Source of the DNA: Eledone cirrhosa
Lineage: Eukaryota
DNA length: 64,000 nt
NCBI GenBank assembly: GCA_964016885.1
Contig: OZ024740.1
Coordinates: forward strand, 306,280,001 to 306,344,000
Direction: 5' to 3'
Every line of letters begins with the position of its first letter. Positions within the stretch are counted from its first letter, which is position 1. The notes under the pieces were generated by a model, which was not told the origin of the DNA, searched no databases, and saw only the letters and a list, made by a program, of their open reading frames with translations. The position numbers and the translations under genes were made by a program. Shown piece after piece: positions 44,501 to 58,900 of the stretch.

Positions 44501-47500
44501 CAAAGTGAACTTCTTAAACACACAACTATACCTGCACCCATCTTAACCACATGGTCAGAAACAGGTATGATTTTGTAGTAGGATTTGAACTTCTTGACTT
44601 GCCACTTAAAGTACATCTATAATAAGATGTGTTTGAAATTACAAGCATGAGCCTTAATGGACAACCACTTGCACATGAAATTTTTCATTGAATTTTCACC
44701 TTGCATATAGCAGTTCTGTGCATGGTTTGCACAATTTCCACAAGCCATTCATCTACATCTATTTTTCTTTACCTGATTACAGAGGATGGTACCTTGTCAA
44801 AGTTGTTCTCTAAGTCAATGAATGTTAAATATAATGGCCTTCTCTTTCCTAAGAATTCTCATGTAGTTGTATCCCTAAAAGGAGGGCATCAGTGCTACCC
44901 ATCCTGACACAAACCCAAATTGAATCTCATCTAAACTAATTTTCTTCCCTATTAGTTGTACTACAACTATTTCTGTTATTTTTATAACTTGGTCCATCAA
45001 TATTTTCTTTCTAAAGCATCTCCTTTGCCCTGATAACACTTTAGGATACTGCAACATTAGTCATTAGAACTGATCCCTTCCTGTACAACCTAATTGATTA
45101 TGCAAGTATGACTATCCATGATGGTTCATCTGTTTTCCTTGCCTTCATATCCAGTTTAATGGTATAGCTCTTAATTTCAATGGCTGGTCCCTCTATTGGG
45201 TCTACTTGGAGTAGTTCCTTTATTGGATTTACTTTGGGTAGTCTCTCTGTTGAGTTTCCTTGGAGTAAACCCACTTTCTTCAATACATTCTCTTCATCTA
45301 GCAATCTTCTGTAGCAGCATTTCTTGGCCACCTTTTTGTTATCAGTGATGGTGGGTACACCGCTCACATTACATATACACTTTTTACTGATGTCTCAATA
45401 CCTCAATACATGCTGATACACTACTTTGCAATTCAGAGCATCTCGTACTACTGATCCTCATGTCACAAAACATTAGTAAATCCATGTAAAATCTGTTTAA
45501 AAATGTAAGCATGTAAGGTTAAGAAGTTTGTTTCTGAGCCATGTAGTTCCAGGTTCAATTCTACTGCATGGCACCTCGAGCATGTGAGTAAATTTGAAAG
45601 GTGAAGAAACAGTGACGAAGCCCATTGCATGTATATATGCATACACACAGTCATGTGTATTTATCAGTCACCACAAGCATCTTCATATGGACACAGTTTA
45701 AATGAAGCAGTGATATTTGTTTGTCTCACATAAATAATGCATCCCATAGTATAGCAGTTTGACATGCCTCAGCAGTTTGTACCCTACTTAAAATATAGTA
45801 TTGGTTGGCACCAGAAAGGACATCTAGACATAGAAAACTTACTTCAAAACGTCTGTGAAACCCATACCAGCATTTTAAAGCAAATCTAAAAGTGATGATG
45901 ATTATAATATGTGAAAGTAACATATTTTAAAGTCTAAACACATTTAAATATTCACATTTTCCATGAAAATTTTTTAACAATGAAGTCATGTATGTAAAAA
46001 TGTTATTAATAATGTAAGCATCTAAAATATGTTTAACATTTGTTTTTTTTTATTTGTAAACATGCCAGAATATATAGAAGCGTGGTAGTCAATCTCTCCA
46101 CCATAACCATTATATTCTACACCTCTCCCATTATTACCCCTCTATCACTCCAGCTCTGCTTCACCATACCAGCTATGTAACTAGAGAGAGCATTAGATCT
46201 ATCTGTATTCATTACCACTTACTATCACCTCCTTACTATTAACCATAATTCTGTCTCCATCATCATCTACTGTTAACCATCATTCTCCTCTCTTCTGTAT
46301 CATTCTGAGTTGGTATCTACCTCTCTCACTCTCACCCATCCCTGTTGCTATCCATCACTCTCTCTTACTACAACTAGGTATCTACCTCTCTCACTATCAC
46401 ATCACTCCCTCTTACTATAGCTCATATTTATATCAAACTGCTCATGCTGTTGTTGGCATCTACCTCTCTCATTATCACCTCTCACTATCACATTTCACTA
46501 TCTACACCTCTCACTATCACATCACTTCCTCATACTAGGTATCTACCTCTCTCACTTATAACCCATCTCTGTTGCTATCCAACACTCCCTCTTACTATAA
46601 CTCATGTTTATTATAATCCTATCATGCTGCTCATGCTGTTACCTATTCAACTCCCTATCAACTACCAACAACTAATACATCTCTCTCTCTCTCTCTCCTC
46701 CATTACTCCTTCCTGTTACTATTTCCTTTAACACTATAGATCTTGCTTGCAGTCTGACCTGGACACAATGCAGCAATGGCTCTCAGACTGGCAACTCAAG
46801 CTAGCTGTGGACAAGTGCACCACCATGCATTTTGGGAGTAAAAAACCCAGCGTACACATACTCCCTCCACAGCACTAATATCAAGAAGTCTTCTTGTGAA
46901 CGTGACCTGGGCATTACGGTCAGCAGTGATTTGCGTTGGACGAAGCATGTCTCTAAAATTGTCAAGAGGGCCGAGGGTGTCTTAGCATCACTCAGCAAGA
47001 CCTTTGTCAGCCGCTCTCCAGCTATCTATTTAAGGCTGTACATGGCTATGGTGTGGCCACACTTAGAATTTGCATCACCAGTCTGGAACCCCTATCTTGC
47101 TCAGAACATTGACTGCCTGGAAACTGTTCAGAGACGTGCAACCAAGCGAATACCCTCCATCAGGCATCTACCATACTCTGAGTGCCTTGCTTCCCTGGGC
47201 ATGGATACATTGAAGTTCCGATGCCTGGCATAAAGTCAAAACTCAAACTGAGACGACTCATTCAACCCAAGCTAGCATAAAAAGTGGATGTAAAATGTTG
47301 ATGATTTAGAAACAAACTTGATTTTTTTTTTCAATTTTTTCTTTATAGATTGGTTTCTCAAGCATGTTGTCTGAACATGCTGAGCTGCTTTTTCACTGTA
47401 CGACTGCAAGTTATGTTGCTGGAGAGGCTGATAGTTTAAAGCCAGTTGTTGACTTGCTCCTTACTTCAAAATGTTATGAAGTACAAGAACGCTGCTGCCA

Positions 47501-50500
47501 AACCTTACACCAATATCTGCAGTCCAAAAAACTCCCTGTAACATTCTGGGAAAGTGTAATGGTATTTATTGATTTATATATTTATTTATTTTTGTTGTTA
47601 TTTAGCTGATCAACCAATCTTATGATCAAAAGTATTCCAGTGCTGAGCATACTATCTTCTTTTCAGTTATAATGTATCTAGAACAACACTATTCAATATC
47701 TCTTTCCGTGTTTTTAAAACTGTGGGGTGTGATTTATGAGAAAGTTGACCACTATTTCTAGCAGGTTGAGTGACCATATAGAAGCTTACTCATTGGCTTG
47801 TTTGTATGAGGATTGGCTGAAAAATTCATAGGCTGGCCAAGATTCTCTCATGGAATGAAGTTTATTTTTCACCAAAAGAAATTCATTTAACTTGATTTAG
47901 CCTGAATGACCGTATATGGCAGAAGATTCCAAGTAGCAAATCATCAACGGCCTCTTAATAAATATAAATTCTACATGTATTGGACAGTCTTTATTTGTAG
48001 CCAAAAAACATATGTATCATCATCATCATCATTGTCGTTTAACATCTGCTTTCCCCGCCAGCAAGGATTAGATGAAAGAGCAAGTGTTATATAAAGTACA
48101 ACTCATGCCAGCATGGAAAATGGACATAAAACGATGATGATATAGCTTTATTATATATCATTAGATATGGCAGCCAAGCCTGCATAAAGTCAAAACTTAT
48201 AAGTAATTGTTATACCTAAGGATATAAAATAAAGCTATTTGACTCTACATTTTGAAAGAGTTCTATGTGAGATAGTGTTTTACAAATAAACGATATACAC
48301 AACTATAAGATACACTGCTACAATGTTGCTATATATAAAAACAATAATAATAATAATAATGAAATTATTGTGTACAGTGCTCAGGTGCACTACAATTCAT
48401 CAAAGGTGCATGTATAGTACATAGAATAATGTACAAATGTCAGGAAAGTGAAGAGTGTATGAGTCATGTATATGGCATTCTTCATTGTTGTTACATACTA
48501 TGGCTACATACACCTGATCTATATGTTATTATAACTTGTGTTCACTCTGATGAAGGAAATAATTCATTTCTCACATCATTGAGAGCTTAGGGATTACCTC
48601 AAGTAATTCAACTGGTGTAGCCCTATTGCAGCTTCAGATTTGATGTGATACTTGATATAATATTATCCTCCTAGTTTTCAACGATTAATTGATTTATTTA
48701 TGAAAACTAGTCGAGAGCTTAATTTGAGGTTGTGAGAATATCTCTTTGTTTTATTCACACCAAAAATTCCTGCATTGTTATTGCCAAGTGGCCTTCCTCT
48801 TTTAAGATCCCGTGACACAACAGTGCTGGACTATTACTACTATACTACATTACCTCACAGTGTCTTGGTGGCAAAATTGAAGTCGGATATAAATCAAACA
48901 AATGCCTGCTGATGAAGATGTTTCACGTAATAACTATTAAATACACTTATGACTTGCAAATTCATACTGCAACTTGTGCAGCACAGCACAATACAAGGAG
49001 CATCAGAAACCGTTTGCACATTGATAGGTTTCTGCAGTTTCAAGTTGTATGGGTGAGGTTGTCTGGGTGTGTTTTAGATTTTGTTGTGAGATCTGAGAAT
49101 AGTATTAGTTCAGAAACAATTGTATTTATGTGTGGGTAAGATTATGTTATATGGAAAAGCAACTCCATCAGTTTTCCAATGCAGCTCAAACTGGTGACTT
49201 TGATCCTTTTGTATGGGTGTGAGAGTTGGACTCTCACAGCTAACGTGGAATGAAGAATCCTGTCATTCAAGCACAAGTACTTCAAAAGGATGCTACACAT
49301 CCCATACATGGAGCACAAAACAAACAGCTTTGTCAGGCAGCAAGTGAACAAATATGCTGGCAGACAGGAACCACTCCTTGCAAAAGTGAAAAGACGGAAG
49401 CTTGCCTGGAATGGTCAAATATCCCGCCACAAATTCTTGTCCAAAACCATTTTTCAGGGCATAGTTGAGGGAGCATGAAGAAAATCATGGTCTTATAACA
49501 TCAAAGACTGGACTGGTCACAACACTAAGACCCTTCTATGCATGATGGAAAATAGCGACCAATGGCGACGACCAACTGCAAAAGTGTCTAGAGTGGCACC
49601 TCAATGACTGGCTGCACCAGTTGTGGGAACATGATGATGATGATGATTATGTCTGTATGTATGTATGTGTTCATATCCAGAACATGTTCCCTTATCAATT
49701 GTTACAATGTATACTCTCTTCCTCTATTACACAGGAGCAGTTTATTAGTCTGCAGTTAAACGTCAGTCATTATAGTCCAATACAAATCACAGTACTTGAC
49801 TTATTCAATGCCGTCTATTTGAAATGGTCTGACCACTTTGACAATTACACCCGCCTGCATCTAAGGACAGAAGACATTAACATCATACTCAACCAGCTGC
49901 GTGAGGAGCTGCTTTCTGTTGGCATTGGTACAGCACTTCAGTCAACAATCCTGCCAGCTCTGAGTATCTGCACTAAACTGATCTCTACTTCTCCCTCCAC
50001 CACAAAGTAAGTAAATCATCATCATCATCATTATTGTTGTTTTATTGTGTCACCTACACTAAAGAGGTTGATGTGCCCTTGACAAACCACAGTGTCCTCT
50101 CCATCCTTTTTAGCATGGTTTCCACAGCTGGATGCCTTTCATTACACACCTTGTTGAGGTAAACTGAAATAATGTTTTGTTGAGAGTTTACAACACAGTT
50201 TTATAGTTGGGTTTGAACTCAGGACACTGTGATCTATAGACTAGCATCTTTAACCCTTTCATTAAAATATTTCTAATGAAAGACACTGCCTATGGTTTTA
50301 AAATGATTTTGAAAATAATCAAGAACTTGGAAGGATTTAGTAAAATAACCAATTTTCTCATTATTAAGTTGATGTTTGGAACATAACAAAGGTTTTTACA
50401 TAACATTATGGTAAAAGATTTTTAGATATTTATTTATATATAAACATTTTAAAGTGAACAGTTTTGTATTGCAGAAGTAGGGTCAAATTCAAGTGGCTTG

Positions 50501-53500
50501 GTGTCAAAAGGGTTAACATTACAACTACCACATGTCTATTCTACTGCAATTTATAAAAGCAGAAATAAGAGGAAATTCTCTTTTCTTTCTTGTTTCTCAC
50601 AACTTTTCATTCTTCTTGTGTTCCAGGTTTGAAGAACTCTACCTCATGTGGTCGAGTTATCTTTTCCAACAATTGGGAAATGTTGACAGTAATCTACGTA
50701 TGGCACTCAGCCAGTCCTTAGCCATTGCTGGCAATGCTGTACTCTCCACAATTAACCTCTTGGCCAAAAGTATATCCCCAGTATCTCAAAAAGAAATTTC
50801 ATATAAGTAAGTAATTAAATTTCTACAAACTTTAAACATTTGTTTGTTGAACTTTCAAAGATAATGAGCAACATATCATGTGATAGAGTAAACATAGAGG
50901 CAACAATAGCATTGTAAATCTATCCAGTCAACACCTACACACTGTGTCTCTTTAGTCAACATCTACTCTGTGTCTATCTAGTTAACTTCTACATACTGTG
51001 TAGAAGTTGACTAGAGAGGCACACTGTGTCTATCCAGTCAACATCTACACACTGTGTCTATCTAGTCAACTACACAGTGTGTCTATCCAGTCAACATCTA
51101 CACAGTGTGTCTATCTAGTCAACATCTACACAGTGTGTCTATCTAGTCAACATCTACACAGTGTCTATCTAGTCAACTACACACTGTGTCTATCTAGTCA
51201 ACATCTACACAGTGTGTCTATCTAGTCAACATCTACAGTGTGTCTATCCAGTCAACTACACACTGTGTCTATCTAGTCAACATCTACACACTGTCTATCT
51301 AGTCAACTACACAGTGTGTCTATCCAGTCAACATCTACACAGTGTGTCTATCCAGTCAACATCTACACACTGTGTCTATCCAGTCAACATCTACAGTGTG
51401 TCTATCCAGTCAACATCTACACAGTGTGTCTATCCAGTCAACATCTACAGTGTGTCTATCCAGTCAACATCTACACAGTGTGTCTATCCAGTCAACATCT
51501 ACACAGTGTGTCTATCCAGTCAACATCTACACAGTGTGTCTATCTAGTCAACATCTACAGTGTGTCTATCTAGTCAACTACACACTGTGTCTATCTAGTC
51601 AACATCTACAGTGTGTCTATCCAGTCAACATCTACACAGTGTGTCTATCTAGTCAACATCTACACAGTGTGTCTATCCAGTCAACATCTACACAGTGTGT
51701 CTATCCAGTCAACATCTACAGTGTGTCTATCCAGTCAACATCTACACTGTGTCTATCTAGTCAACATCTACAGTGTGTCTATCTAGTCAACATCTACACA
51801 CTGTGTCTATCTAGTCAACATCTACAGTGTGTCTATCCAGTCAACATCTACAGTGTGTCTATCTAGTCAACATCTACAGTGTGTCTATCCAGTCAACATC
51901 TACACTGTCTATCCAGTCAACATCTACACAGTGTGTCTATCCAGTCAACATCTACACAGTGTGTCTATCCTGTCAACATCTACAGTGTGTCTATCCAGTC
52001 AACATCTACAGTGTGTCTATCCAGTCAACATCTACAGTGTGTCTATCTAGTCAACATCTACACAGTGTGTCTATCTAGTCAACATCTACACAGTGTGTCT
52101 ATCCAGTCAACATCTACAGTATGTCTATCCAGTCAACATCTACACACTGTGTCTATCTAGTCAACATCTACACTGTGTCTATCTAGTCAACATCTACAGT
52201 GTGTCTATCCAGTCAACATCTACAGTGTGTCTATCTAGTCAACATCTACAGTGTGTCTATCCAGTCAACATCTACACAGTGTGTCTATCCAGTCAACATC
52301 TACAGTGTGTCTATCCAGTCAACATCTACACACTGTGTCTATCTAGTCAACATCTACACTGTGTCTATCTAGTCAACATCTACACAGTGTGTCTATCCAG
52401 TCAACATCTACACACTGTGTCTATCTAGTCAACATCTACACTGTGTCTATCTAGTCAACATCTACAGTGTGTCTATCTAGTCAACATCTACAGTGTGTCT
52501 ATCTAGTCAACATCTACACAGTGTGTCTATCCAGTCAACATCTATAGTGTGTCTATCCAGTCAACATCTACACAGTGTGTCTATCCAGTCAACATCTACA
52601 CAGTGTGTCTATCTAGTCAACATCTACAGTGTGTCTATCTAGTCAACATCTACACAGTGTGTCTATCTAGTCAACATCTACAGTGTGTTTGTCCAGTCAA
52701 CATATACATACTGTGTCTGTCTTGTTAACACCTACAGTGTGTCTATCTAGTCAACATCTACACAGTGTGTCTATCCAGTCAACATCTACAGTGTGTCTAT
52801 CCAGTCAACATCTACAGTGTGTCTATCCAGTCAACATCTACATTGTTTCTATCTAGTCAACATCTACACTGTGTCTATCTAGTCAACATCTACACTGTGT
52901 CTATCTAGTCAACATCTACACAGTGTGTCTATCTAGTCAACATCTACAGTGTGTCTATCCAGTCAACATCTACAGTGTGTCTATCCAGTCAACATTTACA
53001 CTGTGTCTATCTAGTCAACATCTACACTGTGTCTATCTAGTCAACATCTACAGTGTGTCTATCTAGTCAACATCTACACAGTGTGCCTATCTAGTCAACA
53101 TCTACAGTGTGTTTGTCCAGTCAACATATACATACTGTGTCTGTCTTGTTAACACCTACACGTTGTTTCTGCCCGTCAACATCTAAACACTTACTTTCCA
53201 GTCAACATCACCACAGTGTGACTGTCTAGTCAACTTTTACACACTGTGTTTATCCTGTTAACATCTACACATTGTTTCTACCAGCCAACCTCTACACACT
53301 TACTTTCTAGTCAACATCTACGCTATGTACCTGTCCCGTTAACATCTATACAGTGTTTCTACCTAGTCATCAACTATACATTTGTATAGCAGTCATTAAA
53401 AGAATGTCAGCTCCAGTGACCTTTGCAGGGTCTCTGAGGCTGAAGGGAGTAAAGGTAGAAGATGACATGACCCATGATTGCTGTAGTTGAAAGCAATGAA

Positions 53501-55905
53501 TCAAGATTCCAAGTTATCCTTATGCTGGGTACATGATCTGAATGTTTTCAACAGTCTGCAAAACCAACCCACCAGTAGTGTATCACATAGGGAGCAGAGA
53601 GATAAGCTAGACATGTATTTCTTCTGCTGTTCAGCTCATTCCTGTGTACCTATTGTTGTTTAGCCCCAAGTCAGCCCTAATTGAGCAAACTTATGATCAG
53701 TCTTGACCATCTTGTCTTTTTGAGAAAACTTATGATCAGTCTTGACCATCTTGTCTTTTTTTAGTGGTATCCAGGACTGTGTTGTCTAATGTATCTTTTC
53801 CTTTAAAGCATTTGTGGTATTTGATTTGAGGGATTTTGGCTGCTATTTCTAGCAGATGGCGTTACTGCACAGAAGTAAGTGAGGTGAGCTCAGCTGGAAA
53901 TTAATAGTTATCTTTCTTCAGCCTTTATTTCTGGTGGTGAACAACCCAGTATAGTTGTTGGTTAGCCCCAGGTTAACCCTGATTGCTAAAACAAAGCACC
54001 CAAAGGCATGACTAATTAGAATAAACCTCCATAGGTTTCAATGATAAGTGTTTCAGTTGTTCAAATAATGAAACGGTCTGCTCATGAAATTAGGATGTAA
54101 GTGGCTGAGCATTCCACAAACATGTGTATCCTTAACATAGTTCTCAAGGAGGTCAATGTGACAAAGTTGGCCCGCTTTGAATTACAGGTACAATCTGTAT
54201 GATAGGCTTCCAAACAGATTCTCTCTACCCAATTTCCCTCATGAGGTATAGGTTAACCTGAGGCTTGTTAAATGACACTTGCTCGAGATGCTATACAGTG
54301 GGATCGAACGCAAGACCTAAGGATTGTGAAGCGAATTTCTAAACCATTTGACTATGCTGTGTCCATATGACTGATTATATTTACCATTCCAAGTATAGCC
54401 AATTGGGATTCTGCATAATTTCTATCTACCCCATTTCACTTTCAAGGCTTGGATTGTACCAAAGGTATGACAGAAGACACATGCCTAAAGCACTACACCG
54501 TAGTATTAACCTAGAACCATAAGATTGTGAAACAAACTCCTTACTTACACAACCTTGCCTACATTGTATTCCTGTTTCTATCCAGTCAATATTTATTTAT
54601 ACATTGTGCATACCATGTCAATATTTACACATTTCTGCCCAGTCAATGTCTACATATTGTGTTTATCCAGTCAACAACTACATATTTGTTTGTACCTAGC
54701 TACCATCTGAACAACTATATCTTTCCAATCAGCAATCATGCTCTGTATTAATACAGTCATATTTCTTTTTGACCCTCTATCTGACACACCAGCCTTACTA
54801 TTGTTTGATGACTGTAAATATACAACCTCAGTTTGGGAAGTCTTACTTTCCAATTTACTCTATTATAAACAATGGTAAGATTGCTTATACACCATTCCCC
54901 CACCAGTTTGATGTTAGCCAACTAAGATTCTCCTTGAAGTAAATAGGCTTGGCATCAGTCTGAGGCTATCCCTCAGACAAGTAGGAGCGATACTACTAAG
55001 CTCTTCTCTATCCATCCTATCAATATAGTTCTTTGTCAAACTTCAGTAAAATCCATCAATCATCCAATATATATATATATATATTTTACCTATTCCAGAA
55101 TCTTCCATACAGCTTTGTATTTATTACAAGATGACATCAACGAAGTGAGAAACTGGGCTGCACATTTTGTCCATTCTCTACCCCTTTTATCATCACTAAA
55201 ACAGGTAAGTCAACATCATAATGTTCTCAGATTCCATCTGTAACTCATAATGAACCTCTTAGATTTTATAAAGCTAATGTAAATCTAATGAAAGTGTTTT
55301 GTGTTTCTGAGCTGAACACTAAATTCTTACACTACTTCATTTGTGGAGCCCCATGGCCTAGTGGTAAGGGTGTTGGACTTACAATCACAATACAGTGAAA
55401 TTCTGTTATAATGAAATTCACAGGGTATAAAAAAAATCGTTGTAATGAAAAATTCTTTATAATGAGATCGACCAAAACAAACCAAGCATTTGTTTGTTAT
55501 ACTGAAAAATTTGTTATAATGGAATTTTACCTGTATCACAGGTTTGATTCCTGGGCTGGGTTGTGTGTTGTGTTCTTAAGCAAAACACTTCATTTAATTT
55601 TGCTGCAGTATACTCAGCTGAAAACGAATACCAGCAATAGCTGGGGATTTGACCCTGCGATGGACTGGCGTTCTGTCCAGGGGTGAGTCCTGTACTTTCA
55701 GTTGCTTCATGCCACGAAACTGGGATAAGAACTGGCCTGATGAGTCACCTGGCTTGAGACAGACTTCAGACTAACGGAATAAGTACCAAATAACCTAATA
55801 AGGAGATAAACTAGATCCTATTCAGAAGAACTCTATTAAGCAAGAGTTAAACATTAGCCAATAAAATATTAGGCTGCATTTATATTTATGGTTTAAGAGG
55901 TATTT

Positions 55906-55936
<31 letters not shown>

Positions 55937-58900
55937 CCGTTTTACGTCTGTTCTTCCACGCTAGCATGGGTTAGACGGGATGTCCTCTTGTGAGCAGTGT
56001 CTGGTTGGCTGACCATGCCTTGCTCATACAGGAACTGATTTGGCTTGATTTCTACAGCTGGATGCCCTTCCTAACACCAACCCCATTTACAGTGAGTGCT
56101 GGGTGCTTTTTCGTGGCGCCTACACGTCCACTTTACAGTGTGGGCTGGGTGCTTTTTGCCGTGGCACCTCCACGAGCACCTTGCAGTGGGAGGGTGTGGG
56201 GGCATATTGTCTATATGCTTCAGCTTATACCCATGGGAGGTCGGGTACTCTGTATTACTGCGTGATGCCAGAGGTCACGGTCGTGTCATCGCCTTTGAGA
56301 GGTGTAATTGGGTAAGGTCGGCTTTTATCACCTCATCCCAGGTCATCTTTGGTCTCCCCACTCCGCGGTTTCCATCGACTTCTAGTGCTCTGCACCTTTT
56401 TATGCAGCTGTCATCCTTGATATGCATTACATGTCCATACCAGCACAACCGCCTCTCCTGCACACAGCATTTGATTCCTCTTATGCTCAGTCTCTCTCTC
56501 AATTCATTCATGCTTTGTCATTCGCGTATATTACTATTACACATCCATTGGAGCATGCAGGCTTCGTTTCTCTCTAATCTACGTAAGTCTTCCACCTTCA
56601 GCGCCCAGGTCTCACTACCATGTAACATTGCTGTTCGGATACACGCATCATACAGTCTGCCTTTCATTTTGAGGGAGAAGCCTTTTGCAGCTAGCAGTGG
56701 TAGCAGTTCCCTGAACTTCTTCCATCCCGTTCTTACCCTAGTTATTGTACTTTCTGAACACCCACCTCCGCTGCTAATTCGGTCACCTAGGTAGCAGAAG
56801 CTGTCTACTGTCTCTACAGAGCCCTCCCGGAGATTGGTGGTACTTGTTTCCTGTGGCTGTTTGCTGCTTGCTGTCCCAGTACAGCTGCTGCATGTGAAGC
56901 CTACATTCTTAATTAAGCTTCCTGAGATCCCGCTACATCTCTTGTGTACCCATTGTTTGCATTTGGGGCAGAGAATGGAGTTCCTACCTACACCTTTCCT
57001 ACATACTGAGCAAGGCCATTTCCCTGAGGGGGATCTGGGTTCTGTTTTCTCGTCTCTATTTTTCTTATAAAACTGAGTTTCTTTCTCAAAGTATGTAACC
57101 TTTGAGGTCATTACCTGTAGTTTATTATCATCATCATCACTGTTTTAATGTCCACTTACTCTGCTAGCAAGATTTGGACGGGTCCATATAGACCAAGTCA
57201 GTACTGAAGCAAAGCCACTGATCTCCCAGGCAGGCCAGAAATCTGTCTTGCTTATGTAAAGTGTCATGTTCCATCGAGTACTCGGGAGAGTTTGTCATAC
57301 CTTTGACACAGCTGTGGGCCCTCACAACCCTTTGTATGGCAAGCTTCCTACAACTGGGTGCGTTTACTGTGTAAATCACCAACACTAGGGAGGTTATCCT
57401 GTCCTTGACATGACTGAAGAGTCCTCCTGACCATATTTTATTGTTTAATTCATTTCCAGAGATATTTAAAAGACAGACACATTTTAATAACTTGCTGAGG
57501 TATAATACTGCAGATTGATTTGAGACTGTGATATTCAAACTTTTCTGAAGTTCATAAAAGAATGTAAATGAAGTGAAATAGCTATGCCTCATCTCACTCA
57601 GAACTTACCTCTGCTTTTCAACACACTTCACAATTCAGGAAACCTCAGGGCTGGATTAAATTTTCTTGAAGCCGTAAACCCTTAAATGATTATAGTACCC
57701 CTATATATAATGTCTGAAAAAATATTCTTCTTTTTTGGGAATGTCAAATACATTTAATTTGAATAAAACGGCACCCTTCTGCCTTAATCCTGTGATTATT
57801 TTAATTAAGGGTTAATCTAACCTTGGTAAACCCTAAAGATTATATATAAGAAGATATGATATGAATGTCCTCTTTAATAAGATATCATTTTATCAGAGAT
57901 GAGCTTGTTAGACTGGTGGGTCATGTAGAATCAAATAAAATGCTCACAATGGATTTGAACTCAGAATCTCTGAGCAATAGTCTAATAATTTATCCACTTA
58001 GCCATCTCATATCTATAGCATATCATAGAGATATGTAAAACCCTGATCACAGCACCGAGTGGTTTCGACTTGTGTGTTCAGCAAGCTTTATCATATATAC
58101 CATATATATATTTTTGTGGAAATGGAAATCTTTCATATATTATTTTGTTTGTTTTATAATTGAATTTTTAAATTCCATTATTTGTTTTCTGTTCAACAAT
58201 CCAAAAAATATTTTCTAAAATTTATGCCCGTTTTTGTTTTTCTTTCCAGTTTTCTAGTCTACAGAGTAATATTTGCTTGAAGGTAAATCCATATCTCATC
58301 TACTTTCTAAAACTTTTTATCTTGTTAGTAAAATTCAATTGAAAATTTTAAATTTTCATCTGTTTCATAAACTTTATCTAAGGTTTATCTGTCCTAACAT
58401 TTTTATACCTGTAAGTTTTTGCTAACATAATTGAGGATACATCGTTAATCTTTTTTGTTACTATAAGCTAACATCTGGAATGACTCTATTCCCTTCACTA
58501 TAATACAATCCTACTCTAATGTTATATTTTTCTCTATTTTACTAGTTACTCTTCCACCATCTTGTCTGTCATTATCCAAGTGCAGCATGGGATATCCTTT
58601 ATGATCTTCTCTGCTATAATGATGGATCAGAATGTGCAGCTTCTCTAGAAGCAATGCTTTCAAGAAAGTTACAAATAAGGTAAGTAAATTCTCTTATTTA
58701 ATGCATAAGCATTAAAAGGCTAACTAGAAATAAGGCTAGGCTTTGTGTTGAGTTCAAAATAAGGCAGAACTCTATCCGAAGTTGTCTCCCAAATAAAAAA
58801 GAAATAATATATAATGTGGAAAGTGATATATGTAAGAAGGCTAAATAATGCAAAATGGATGGTAACATGAAGGCAACAAAAAAGTTAGTTACCTGGTAAT

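Noticed and set aside
51007-52428. Overlapping repetitive ORFs
   Set aside because: Satellite translations in several frames
55710-55750. GAAAC and CTGATGA in the SINE B tail suggesting a hammerhead
   Set aside because: Only one short hairpin could fit between the motifs; stems I and III and the NUH site cannot be formed
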